A stretch of DNA of 32,000 bases from Ralstonia phage Heva. The notes under the pieces were generated by a model. It saw only the letters and a program-made list of their open reading frames with translations, was not told where the DNA came from and did no database searches. The DNA lies in the sequence record MT740742.1; one strand, written 5' to 3'. The position numbers were made by a program, and so were the translations under genes. Positions 8,688-15,505 of the stretch are shown piece by piece (the stretch's first letter is position 1; each line of letters begins with the position of its first letter).

Positions 8688-10103
8688 TCAGTCTGCGCGG
8701 GAAACCTCGGCCTTCAGGCCGAGAAGGTAGAGCGCCGAGGCCGCAGGCCTCGTTGCTTTGCCAGGTTGAGAATTGACAGGGCTAGCAAGGGCGTAGCCGT
8801 AGCCATCACCTCTTTGCGCCACGCTGCAGTGCTTGTGGGAAATGCCCTGTACAGTTGGTAAACCGGGCTTGCCGGGTTGGATATTGAACGAGCCAGTTTG
8901 TCGAATCGCCACACGGCCCTTGTAGGTGCCCGCCTTTTTTCCGCTAGGCACCGATGCAATAACCATATCGCCAGTGCGAAAGCCAAAGGCCGTCTTGTTG
9001 CGGGCGAGATAGGCACGCGGAAAGCCATATTGATTGAGCCGGGTGCGGCTACGGGAACCGCGCCCAGTGCACTTCACTACCAGCACAGGCGCGCCGCTGC
9101 CAGTGACTCTGTCCGCGCGGCCGACGCAAGCGGCATCGAGAGAATGCGTTTTGGGTAGACCCAGGCGCGTGCGATTCCACTTCGTCTGTCCGCCGCTGCC
9201 GGTGGTGACCGGCAGGCCTGTGCCCTTGAGCGCGTTAAGCAATGCCCACCGCGTCGCGTTGACAGCCGCCGCGTCCCGCAGCGGTGCCTTTGCTCGAGCG
9301 AGAATCCGTTCGAGTCGCATCGGGTCTTTAGCGAGGAAGACCCGAATGTCCTGACTGTCTTTCTTCTCGTTGCAGGGCTGACAAGCTAGCGTCAGGTTGC
9401 TGACCCGGTTAGAGCCCCCTCGAGCCTTCGGGTGAATGTGCTCGACTTGCAGCGGTACGCCGGTTTCGTCGCAGTACTGACAGGTGCGTCCGAATTTTTC
9501 CAGCAGATACTCGCGGACTTCATAGCCAGCAAGCTCGCCTTGCTGATACTCGACGCCGGATATCTCGGCATTCTGCATCAGTTGCATGTCGAAGCGCACG
9601 AGCTCCTGGGCAAGGTGGGTAATCGGAGCCAAGCGGCAAAGCCGCTTGACCCACGACACCGTCGTATCAACACGATGCTGCAAAGAAGGCGGCAACCAGC
9701 CTTCTTTGCGAGTGCGGTTGTCAAAACGAGGCGCCCGGTAGCGCAGGTTACCGCGCCGGCGGCGGCGCATTGCGGCCCGGGCATGCAAGGCCTCTTTGAT
9801 AGCGTGTCCGCGATGCACCAGGTCCATCAGAAAACGGATGTGCATGACGCGTTCGACCACACCATCTACGTCGATTCGCTCCTCGACCCGGCATACCGCA
9901 AGGCCGGTTGTCTTGCTGCCGGGGTCAAGCTTCAACTCAAGCGGTTGTAGAACGGAGTTCGCTTGTTGCCGGTCGATGAGCCGAATAGTGAACGGATAGA
10001 GCCGATGTACGCGAGCGCGCCCCGCGCTGAGGAGTTTCCTCGCGCGTTGCTCGCTGCACGGCATCAACGGCGCTCCGTTGCGACCCAGGACAAAGACTGA
10101 CAA
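8688..10103 (-). CDS. iscB: RNA-guided endonuclease IscB (PLMP, RuvC, bridge helix, HNH, C-terminal TAM-interacting region)
   Basis: FVLGRNGAPLMPCSEQRARKLLSAG (PLMP); LKLDPGSKTTGLAV (RuvC-I); arginine-rich RAAMRRRRRGNLRYRAPRF; THLAQELVRFD (RuvC-II); CQYCDETGVPLQVEHIHPKARGGSNRVSNLTLACQPCN (HNH); PKTHSLDAACVG (RuvC-III). TTG start with AGGAG upstream. Confidence 0.96.
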   Translation of the reverse strand: MSVFVLGRNGAPLMPCSEQRARKLLSAGRARVHRLYPFTIRLIDRQQANSVLQPLELKLDPGSKTTGLAVCRVEERIDVDGVVERVMHIRFLMDLVHRGHAIKEALHARAAMRRRRRGNLRYRAPRFDNRTRKEGWLPPSLQHRVDTTVSWVKRLCRLAPITHLAQELVRFDMQLMQNAEISGVEYQQGELAGYEVREYLLEKFGRTCQYCDETGVPLQVEHIHPKARGGSNRVSNLTLACQPCNEKKDSQDIRVFLAKDPMRLERILARAKAPLRDAAAVNATRWALLNALKGTGLPVTTGSGGQTKWNRTRLGLPKTHSLDAACVGRADRVTGSGAPVLVVKCTGRGSRSRTRLNQYGFPRAYLARNKTAFGFRTGDMVIASVPSGKKAGTYKGRVAIRQTGSFNIQPGKPGLPTVQGISHKHCSVAQRGDGYGYALASPVNSQPGKATRPAASALYLLGLKAEVSRAD

Positions 10104-10121
10104 AAAGTGCTCCTTTTTACG
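10021..10121 (-). repeat. 101-bp perfect repeat, copy A (iscB translation-initiation region)
   Basis: The reverse complement is identical to 11705-11805. Confidence 0.93.
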
Positions 10122-10470
10122 TTAAACCATGCTGTCTTTCCAGCTGTCAGCCCTTACGGGCCTTGTGACGGTCACCTCGCGGTGACGCTCTCCTCGGGAA
10201 TGTTGCAAGCCGGCTTAGGCAGGTTGCCCTGCCTTGTTGCGGTCCGTTTCGTGCGTACCCTGTAGCTTGTCTGCTACCGCAACTTCGAGAGTCCGGAACT
10301 GGAGAAGCATTCCGGAGTCGGTCTTGTACCTACTTGCAACGTAGCGGACTGGTTACCGCTTTCCCTGGTCAACCCGAGCTTTTACAAGCTCCGGCCTTCA
10401 GGCCGGGGTGGTTGACGGGGCTTACCAAGAGCGCGGAAGGCCCCGTCCTTCAGGGCGGGGAGGACGTCAA
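10122..10470 (-). ncRNA. Candidate IscB omega-RNA scaffold and left end
   Basis: Immediately upstream of iscB, with several perfect hairpins: GCCC/GGGC 10150-10161, GTCACC/GGTGAC 10171-10186, AGGCAGG/CCTGCCT 10217-10234, TCCGGAA/TTCCGGA 10292-10316, GAGCTT/AAGCTC 10376-10391, CCGGCC/GGCCGG 10391-10406, and long-range GTCAACC/GGTTGAC 10368-10416. Confidence 0.8.
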
Positions 10471-10471
10471 G

Positions 10472-10545
10472 CAACAGCGGCTGAAGGAGCTTCTCAACTA
10501 CGACCCTGAGACGGGCGAGTTCAAGGGAAAAGCAACCACTCTGGT
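10472..10545 (+). pseudogene. Remnant of the N-terminus of an HNH homing endonuclease
   Basis: KQQRLKELLNYDPETGEFKGK matches the N-terminus of the intact HNH/AP2 protein at 15502 (FLKSVLTYDPFTGIF); 9/14 identity over the core, then frame decays. Confidence 0.6.
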
Positions 10546-10605
10546 TGCGAAAGTGTTACGATTTCATTACCATCATCATAGACGATTCTCTAAAAGGATA
10601 GCGAT

Positions 10606-10974
10606 ATGAATATGTTGACCGAGCTGGACGTGACCGGACCGTCAGCCCGTGCTCTGCGGAAATCGCTGGGGATGAAGCAGACCGAGTTCTGGAATCGCAT
10701 CGGCCTGTCGCAATCCTGCGGTTGCCGCTACGAGCGCGAGGGTAGCCCGATTCCCCTCCCGTACCAGCGCCTCATCTTCCTGCACTACGTGGCCGGCCTG
10801 CCTGTCGATGCCGGCACCAAGGACAAGGCCGCAAGCCTGATCGAGCTGGGCACGATCGCCAAGGACGCCGACAAGGTTGCGCGCTTGCGCGCAGCGGCGG
10901 CCAAGGCAGACAGCATTTCGGCTGCGCTGAAGGGCGCGGCCGGTGCCGCGAGCGAGATTAGCGCGGCAGTTTGA
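10606..10974 (+). CDS. XRE-family HTH protein
   Basis: RALRKSLGMKQTEFWNRIGLSQSCGCRYERE. Confidence 0.8.
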   Translation: MNMLTELDVTGPSARALRKSLGMKQTEFWNRIGLSQSCGCRYEREGSPIPLPYQRLIFLHYVAGLPVDAGTKDKAASLIELGTIAKDADKVARLRAAAAKADSISAALKGAAGAASEISAAV

Positions 10975-10981
10975 TTTATCT

Positions 10982-11071
10982 GGAAGGGCCAGCCGATAGG
11001 CGCCGGCGCCGGTCTTGAAAATCGAGTGCCCCGAAAGGGGCGTGCGGGTTCGACTCCCGCCCCTTCCGCCA
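10982..11071 (+). tRNA. tRNA-Ser (anticodon TGA at 11016-11018)
   Basis: GGAAGGG/CCCTTCC acceptor with encoded G-CCA, T arm GCGGGTTCGACTCCCGC, long variable arm TGCCCCGAAAGGGGCG, loop CTTGAAA; length 90 nt. Confidence 0.88.
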
Positions 11072-11079
11072 ATTTCCAC

Positions 11080-11100
11080 GCCGCCAGCAAGGCGGCTTTC
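11080..11100 (+). terminator. Hairpin after tRNA-Ser, possible terminator or processing signal
   Basis: GCCGCC-AGCAA-GGCGGC followed by TTTC. Confidence 0.4.
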
Positions 11101-11132
11101 GCACTAATCAGCACCATACCAAAGGGGCTAGC

Positions 11133-11699
11133 ATGGCATCCGTTAATCGCGTGACAATCGTCGGCAACCTGGGCGCCGACCCTGAGACTAGGTATCTCCC
11201 GAGCGGCGATGCCGTGACAAACATCCGCGTGGCGACCACCGATCGCTACAAGGACAAGGCCAGCGGCGAGATGAAGGAATCCACCGAGTGGCACCGCATC
11301 GCCTTCTTCGGCCGCTTGGCCGAGATCGCGGGCGAGTATCTGCGCAAGGGCTCGCCGGTCTACGTCGAGGGCAAGATTAAGACCCGCCAGTGGGAGAAGG
11401 ACGGCCAGAAGCAATACAGCACCGAGATCGTCGCAGAACAAATGCAGCTCCTCGGCAGCCGCGATGATGGCGGTGGGCAGCAGCAGCGCGGCCAGCAACA
11501 GCGCGGCGCGCAGCAGGGTCAACAGCGCGGCGGCCAGCGCAACGAGTACGCCGAGCAGACCGGGCGCGGCAACCGCACGCCGCAGCATCGTCAGCCGCCG
11601 CCGTCCAACGGCTTCGAGGACGGCGGCGGGTGCGATGACATGGATGACCGCACCCCATTCGCCCAGATGCACGCTTCGCGGTTCGATCACGCATTCTGA
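11133..11699 (+). CDS. ssb: Single-stranded DNA-binding protein
   Basis: [65 protein letters not shown]; Q/G-rich linker. The acidic tip is atypical (HASRFDHAF). Confidence 0.95.
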   Translation: MASVNRVTIVGNLGADPETRYLPSGDAVTNIRVATTDRYKDKASGEMKESTEWHRIAFFGRLAEIAGEYLRKGSPVYVEGKIKTRQWEKDGQKQYSTEIVAEQMQLLGSRDDGGGQQQRGQQQRGAQQGQQRGGQRNEYAEQTGRGNRTPQHRQPPPSNGFEDGGGCDDMDDRTPFAQMHASRFDHAF

Positions 11700-11704
11700 C
11701 CAGC

Positions 11705-11805
11705 CGTAAAAAGGAGCACTTTTTGTCAGTCTTTGTCCTGGGTCGCAACGGAGCGCCGTTGATGCCGTGCAGCGAGCAACGCGCGAGGAAACTCCTCAGC
11801 GCGGG
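11705..11805 (+). repeat. 101-bp perfect repeat, copy B (duplicated iscB start)
   Basis: CGTAAAAAGGAGCACTTTTTGTCAGTC...CTCCTCAGCGCGGG, identical to the reverse complement of 10021-10121. Confidence 0.93.
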
Positions 11806-11971
11806 CCGCCTGATCCCATGGTCCGTCTGCGCTATCCCGGAATGCTCGGAGGCGCCCGAAGCCCACCATCCCGACTACAGCCGGCCGCTCGATGTGGTCT
11901 GGCTGTGCGACCACCACCACAAGGAAACCCACAAGATGGCGCGCGAGATCGAGCGCCAGGAGGCCGCATAA
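11723..11971 (+). CDS. Chimeric small protein: first 29 residues of IscB fused to a Cys/His-rich HNH-like/Zn-binding phage protein
   Basis: MSVFVLGRNGAPLMPCSEQRARKLLSAGR is identical to IscB, followed by CAIPECSEAPEAHHPDYSRPLDVVWLCDHHHKETHK. Confidence 0.75.
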   Translation: MSVFVLGRNGAPLMPCSEQRARKLLSAGRLIPWSVCAIPECSEAPEAHHPDYSRPLDVVWLCDHHHKETHKMAREIERQEAA

Positions 11972-11973
11972 CC

Positions 11974-12192
11974 ATGCCTGATGAAATCGACATCGCAAAC
12001 GACAGCGCGGCCCGCGACCTGGAGGCCGCCATTGCAGCGGCCCGCTCGGGGCCGAAGTTCTCGATCAGGCCAGATATCTGCCTGAACGACTGCGGCGAGC
12101 CGCCAATCCCCGGCGGCCTGTATTGCTCCGACGACTGCCGCATCGACCACCACGCGCGCAAGGAGCTGCGCCGCCGGCAGGGGCTGCGATGA
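11974..12192 (+). CDS. Small zinc-finger-like phage protein
   Basis: CLNDCGEPPIPGGLYCSDDCRIDHHARKE. Confidence 0.65.
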   Translation: MPDEIDIANDSAARDLEAAIAAARSGPKFSIRPDICLNDCGEPPIPGGLYCSDDCRIDHHARKELRRRQGLR

Positions 12193-12530
12193 ACCAAGAC
12201 GCCGAGGTCAACATCTTCAAGTGCCTCGACTTCATCCGGGACAATGCGCCGGCATATGCGAAGGCCAAAGCCGAGCGCATTTACTTGGAGGAATTTCGCA
12301 AGACGAAGAAAGCTCTGTGCATGAAGGCCGCCGAGTCTGGCGGCACCAATGCTGTGAACGCTCAGGAGCGCGACGCTTACGCGGACCTTGAGTATCAGAA
12401 GCTCCTCGAAGCGCTGCGCGCGGCCGTTGAGGAGGAGGAGCGGCTTCGCTGGCTGCTGGTCGGCGCGCAGGCGAAGATCGAAGTGTGGCGCACGATCGAG
12501 GCGAACCGCCGCGCGGAGGCGAAGCTATGA
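12189..12530 (+). CDS. Hypothetical phage protein
   Basis: 113 aa, helical, start and stop overlaps typical of an operon. Confidence 0.65.
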   Translation: MNQDAEVNIFKCLDFIRDNAPAYAKAKAERIYLEEFRKTKKALCMKAAESGGTNAVNAQERDAYADLEYQKLLEALRAAVEEEERLRWLLVGAQAKIEVWRTIEANRRAEAKL

Positions 12531-12922
12531 AGCGTTCAGCCCCCCTCGTCCGCAAAGCTCCGATTTCCCGCGGCACGTCCCAGCTCAAACGCACCGCCAT
12601 GAAGAAGCGCGCGCCGAAGAAGCGGCCGGGCCACGACAAGCGCATGCTCGACGCCTGTCGCGGCCAGCACTGCTATCTCATCGTGCCGGGTGTGTGCTGC
12701 GGCGACACAGCCACGGTCGTTCCATGTCACGCCAACTGGAGCGAGTACGGAAAGGGCGCCGGCATCAAGGCCGCCGACAAGTTCACGGTGCCCGGCTGCT
12801 GGCGATGCCATGCATGGTTAGACGCTGGGCAGGCGACCGGCGAGGAAAAGCGCGCCACATGGGAGGCTGGCTACAAGTTGTGGTCTGCATATCGAGAGAA
12901 GAATCTTGGCCTTGCCGCCTGA
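12527..12922 (+). CDS. DUF1364-like phage nuclease-domain protein
   Basis: CYLIVPGVCCGDTATVVPCHANWSEYGKGAGIKAADKFTVPGCWRCHAWLD pattern. Confidence 0.8.
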   Translation: MKRSAPLVRKAPISRGTSQLKRTAMKKRAPKKRPGHDKRMLDACRGQHCYLIVPGVCCGDTATVVPCHANWSEYGKGAGIKAADKFTVPGCWRCHAWLDAGQATGEEKRATWEAGYKLWSAYREKNLGLAA

Positions 12923-12933
12923 GAGATGAGATC

Positions 12934-13482
12934 GTGAACGATAACGAGCAATGGAAGCCGGTCCCTGGCTACGAAGGGTTGTACGAGGTGTCTAGTGCTG
13001 GTCACGTGCGGTCGCTGACGCGCCACGGATACCGAAACAGACGCGGCGGCGTGTGCGCCGGCATTGCGCTTGAGAGGTTCACCGACAACACCGGATATTG
13101 GTACGTGAACCTGTCGCGGGGCGGGAAGGCTCGCAAGCGCGCAGTGCACATTATGGTCCTGGAGGCGTTTGTTGGGGCGGCCCCCGATGGAATGGAGGCA
13201 TGTCACGGCGACGGCGACCGGAAGAACGCGGCTCTGTTCAACCTGCGCTGGGACACTCGCAAGGCGAACGCTGCTGACAAGGAGATACATGGCACTGTGC
13301 CGCGCGGAGAGCGCAGCCCTCGCGCCAAGATCACCGAAGCGATCGCGCGCGAGATTCTGGCGAGCACGGAAACGTCAGTAGCGCTCGGCCGCCGGATTGG
13401 CATTGCCAGCTCTACGGTACGCGCAGTGCGGCTCGGGCAGAACTGGAAGCATCTTCGGCAGCATCTCGTTCTCGCCGCGTAA
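12934..13482 (+). CDS. NUMOD4/HNH homing endonuclease
   Basis: EQWKPVPGYEGLYEVSSAGHVRSL (NUMOD4), ACHGDGDRKNAALFNLRWDT (HNH_3); GTG start. Confidence 0.88.
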   Translation: MNDNEQWKPVPGYEGLYEVSSAGHVRSLTRHGYRNRRGGVCAGIALERFTDNTGYWYVNLSRGGKARKRAVHIMVLEAFVGAAPDGMEACHGDGDRKNAALFNLRWDTRKANAADKEIHGTVPRGERSPRAKITEAIAREILASTETSVALGRRIGIASSTVRAVRLGQNWKHLRQHLVLAA

Positions 13483-13522
13483 TGCGATTTGCATAAACAC
13501 AACAACACAACCTGAAAGGGTG

Positions 13523-13657
13523 ATGGCACAATGTCAGTGCCAAACCAAATCGTCCGCAGTAACCGAGAGCCCTTTGAAGGGCGCGCATCCCTTTGGACAG
13601 GGAGGTTTGGCGACCATGCGCGTTCCTTCAAAGGGCTTTTTCCGTTTGGAGCCATGA
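13523..13657 (+). CDS. Icd/Ash-like leader peptide overlapping the antirepressor start
   Basis: MAQCQCQTKSSAVTESPLKGAHPFGQGGLATMRVPSKGFFRLEP; its stop overlaps ATG 13654. The alternative frame from 13531 also runs open into the antirepressor. Confidence 0.45.
   Translation: MAQCQCQTKSSAVTESPLKGAHPFGQGGLATMRVPSKGFFRLEP
13568..13641 (+). promoter_or_regulatory. Structured leader or attenuator upstream of the antirepressor
   Basis: 13-bp perfect inverted repeat AGCCCTTTGAAGG (13568-13580) / CCTTCAAAGGGCT (13625-13637) ending in a T tract; inner hairpin TCCCT-TTGGAC-AGGGA. Confidence 0.5.
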
Positions 13658-14370
13658 TGAATGCCCTTATTGTTGTTGACGGCGTAGGTGTTCGCCGCGA
13701 CGCAGATGGTCGCTACTGCCTCAACGATCTTCACCGCGCGGCCGGCGCAGAAAAGCGCCACGGACCGAGCTACTGGCTTGCCAACACCACCACGGCGGCC
13801 CTGATCGACGAGCTGCGAACTACCGGAATTCCGGTAGTTACCCTGGAGGGCGCCGCAGGCGGCACCTACGTCGCGCGCGAGTTGGTCTATGCCTACGCGA
13901 TGTGGATCAGCCCGAGCTTCCATCTCAAGGTCATCCGCACATTTGACGCTGCGGTCAGCGCGCCCGCGCAATTCAAAGTCCCCTCCTCCCTCTCCGAGGC
14001 GCTGCGCCTGGCTGCCGACCAGGCCGAGCAGATCGAGCGCCAGGCCGCGCAGATCGAGCATCAGCGGCCTGCCGTCGAGTTTCATGCCCGCTATGTCGAG
14101 GCGGATGGCAGCAAGGGCTTCCGCGAGGTGTGCAAGCTGCTGAAGGCCAACGAGAGCGAGTTCCGTGAATTCCTCCTCGCCAAGGGCGTCATGTATCGCC
14201 TCTCCGGCCGCCTGGTGCCCTACAGCCAGCACATGGACGCGGGGCGGTTCGAGATCAAAGCAGGCGTGAGCGGCAACGAGCACGCCTACAACCAATCGCG
14301 GTTCACGCCCAAGGGCATCGCCTGGGTGGCCGGCCTGTGGTTCGAGCAGCAGGTGAAGGCGGCAGCATGA
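13654..14370 (+). CDS. KilA-N plus KilAC-domain antirepressor
   Basis: YCLNDLHRAAGAEKRHGPSYWLAN (KilA-N) and C-terminal FREVCKLLKANESEFREFLLAKGVMYRLSG...FTPKGIAWVAGL (KilAC). Confidence 0.85.
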   Translation: MMNALIVVDGVGVRRDADGRYCLNDLHRAAGAEKRHGPSYWLANTTTAALIDELRTTGIPVVTLEGAAGGTYVARELVYAYAMWISPSFHLKVIRTFDAAVSAPAQFKVPSSLSEALRLAADQAEQIERQAAQIEHQRPAVEFHARYVEADGSKGFREVCKLLKANESEFREFLLAKGVMYRLSGRLVPYSQHMDAGRFEIKAGVSGNEHAYNQSRFTPKGIAWVAGLWFEQQVKAAA

Positions 14371-15086
14371 GTATCAAGATGAATGCACTGACGAGCAAGT
14401 CGAGTGTTACGACAATGAGCAGCCGCGAGATCGCGGAGCTTGTCAATTCTCGCCACGATGATGTGAAGCGATCCATCGAGCGCCTTGCTGATCGTGGCGT
14501 CGTCACACTTCCGCCAATGGCGGAAGTCTCCAATCCCGGCCCAGGCCCGAAGACCATTTCGGAATACCGCGTCGGCAAGCGCGACAGCTACATCATCGTC
14601 GCGCAGCTCTCGCCGGAATTCACCGCGCGCCTCGTCGATCGCTGGCAGGAGCTGGAAGCGCAGCACGCGGCGCCCGCACTGCCAAACTTCAGCGATCCTA
14701 TCGCCGCCGCGCGCGCCTGGGCAGACGCGAAGGAGGCCGAGCAGAAGGCCGTGGCCGAGATCGAGGCCGCGCGCCCGAAGGTCGAGTTCGTCGACCGCTA
14801 CGTCGACGCCGGCGGCGCGTTCGGTTTTCGCCAGACGGCAAAGCTGCTGCGCGCCAACGAGAGCGAGTTCCGCGCCTTCCTGATCGACAAGCGCATCATG
14901 TACCGGCTCAGCGGCGTGCTCGCGCCGTACCAGCAGCACATCGACGCCGGCCGCTTCGATATCAAGACCGGCGTGTCGACCAGCAGCACGCACGTCTACG
15001 CACAGGCGAAGTTCACGCCGAAGGGCGTGCAGTGGATTGCCGGCCTGTGGATGGCCGCACAATTGCCCGAGCAGGTGAAGGCATGA
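14367..15086 (+). CDS. Rha-family regulator with KilAC domain
   Basis: SSREIAELVNSRHDDVKRSIERLADRGV...YRVGKRDSYIIVAQLSPEFTARLVDRWQELE plus KilAC. Confidence 0.87.
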   Translation: MSIKMNALTSKSSVTTMSSREIAELVNSRHDDVKRSIERLADRGVVTLPPMAEVSNPGPGPKTISEYRVGKRDSYIIVAQLSPEFTARLVDRWQELEAQHAAPALPNFSDPIAAARAWADAKEAEQKAVAEIEAARPKVEFVDRYVDAGGAFGFRQTAKLLRANESEFRAFLIDKRIMYRLSGVLAPYQQHIDAGRFDIKTGVSTSSTHVYAQAKFTPKGVQWIAGLWMAAQLPEQVKA

Positions 15087-15505
15087 GACGCCGCAGCCCG
15101 ATCAGCACGGGCGCCGTGCGCCGCGCGCCGCGCCGCAGTCCCGAGTTCGACGAGCAGGCCGCCTTGATAGCGTGGTGCCGCATCCCCGCGAACATCGCGC
15201 ACTATCCGGGTCTCGACCTAATCTCCGCGTCGCTCAACGGTGTCAAGTTATCGAAGGCCCAGGCTGGCAAGGCCAAGGCCGCCGGGATGCTGGCGGGTGA
15301 GCACGACCTGCGCATCCCCGTTCCGCGCGGCGGCTACGTGGGTCTGGTCATCGAGATGAAGGCGAATAATGGGCGGCCGACGACAGCGCAGCTCTGGTAC
15401 GGCGAGCGCATGGAGGCCGAGGGGCACTGCGTGCGCTATGCGTGGACGTGGCCTGAAGCCAAGGATGCCATCGTCGAATACCTATCGCTACCGAGGCGGA
15501 CATGA
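15083..15505 (+). CDS. VRR-NUC-type nuclease
   Basis: AGMLAGEHDLRIPVPRGGYVGLVIEMKANNGRPTTAQLWYGERMEAEGH. Confidence 0.82.
   Translation: MRRRSPISTGAVRRAPRRSPEFDEQAALIAWCRIPANIAHYPGLDLISASLNGVKLSKAQAGKAKAAGMLAGEHDLRIPVPRGGYVGLVIEMKANNGRPTTAQLWYGERMEAEGHCVRYAWTWPEAKDAIVEYLSLPRRT

Larger units (their letters stand above)
8695..10471 (-). mobile_element. IscB-type insertion element, approximate limits, no TnpA in window
   Basis: iscB plus omega-RNA-like leader, with IS200/IS605-style subterminal hairpins at 8706-8723 (CTCGGCC-TTCA-GGCCGAG) and 10441-10460. Confidence 0.6.

Noticed and set aside
5172-8730. Long plus-strand ORFs 5172..6344, 6245..7588 and 7678..8730
   Set aside because: Antisense to dnaN, recT and exo, whose products carry recognisable family motifs; these translations have none.
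10982-11071. tRNA-Ser as a prophage attachment site
   Set aside because: No adjacent integrase or duplicated tRNA 3' end was found in the window.
10642-11079. Minus-strand ORF beginning [26 protein letters not shown]
   Set aside because: Its start is the translated antisense of tRNA-Ser, a well-known false ORF pattern.
11723-11971. Calling the chimeric ORF a bona fide IshB
   Set aside because: Only part of the PLMP-like region is present with perfect nucleotide identity to the neighbouring iscB, and the Cys/His part resembles a small phage protein; a recent fusion or artefact is the simpler reading.
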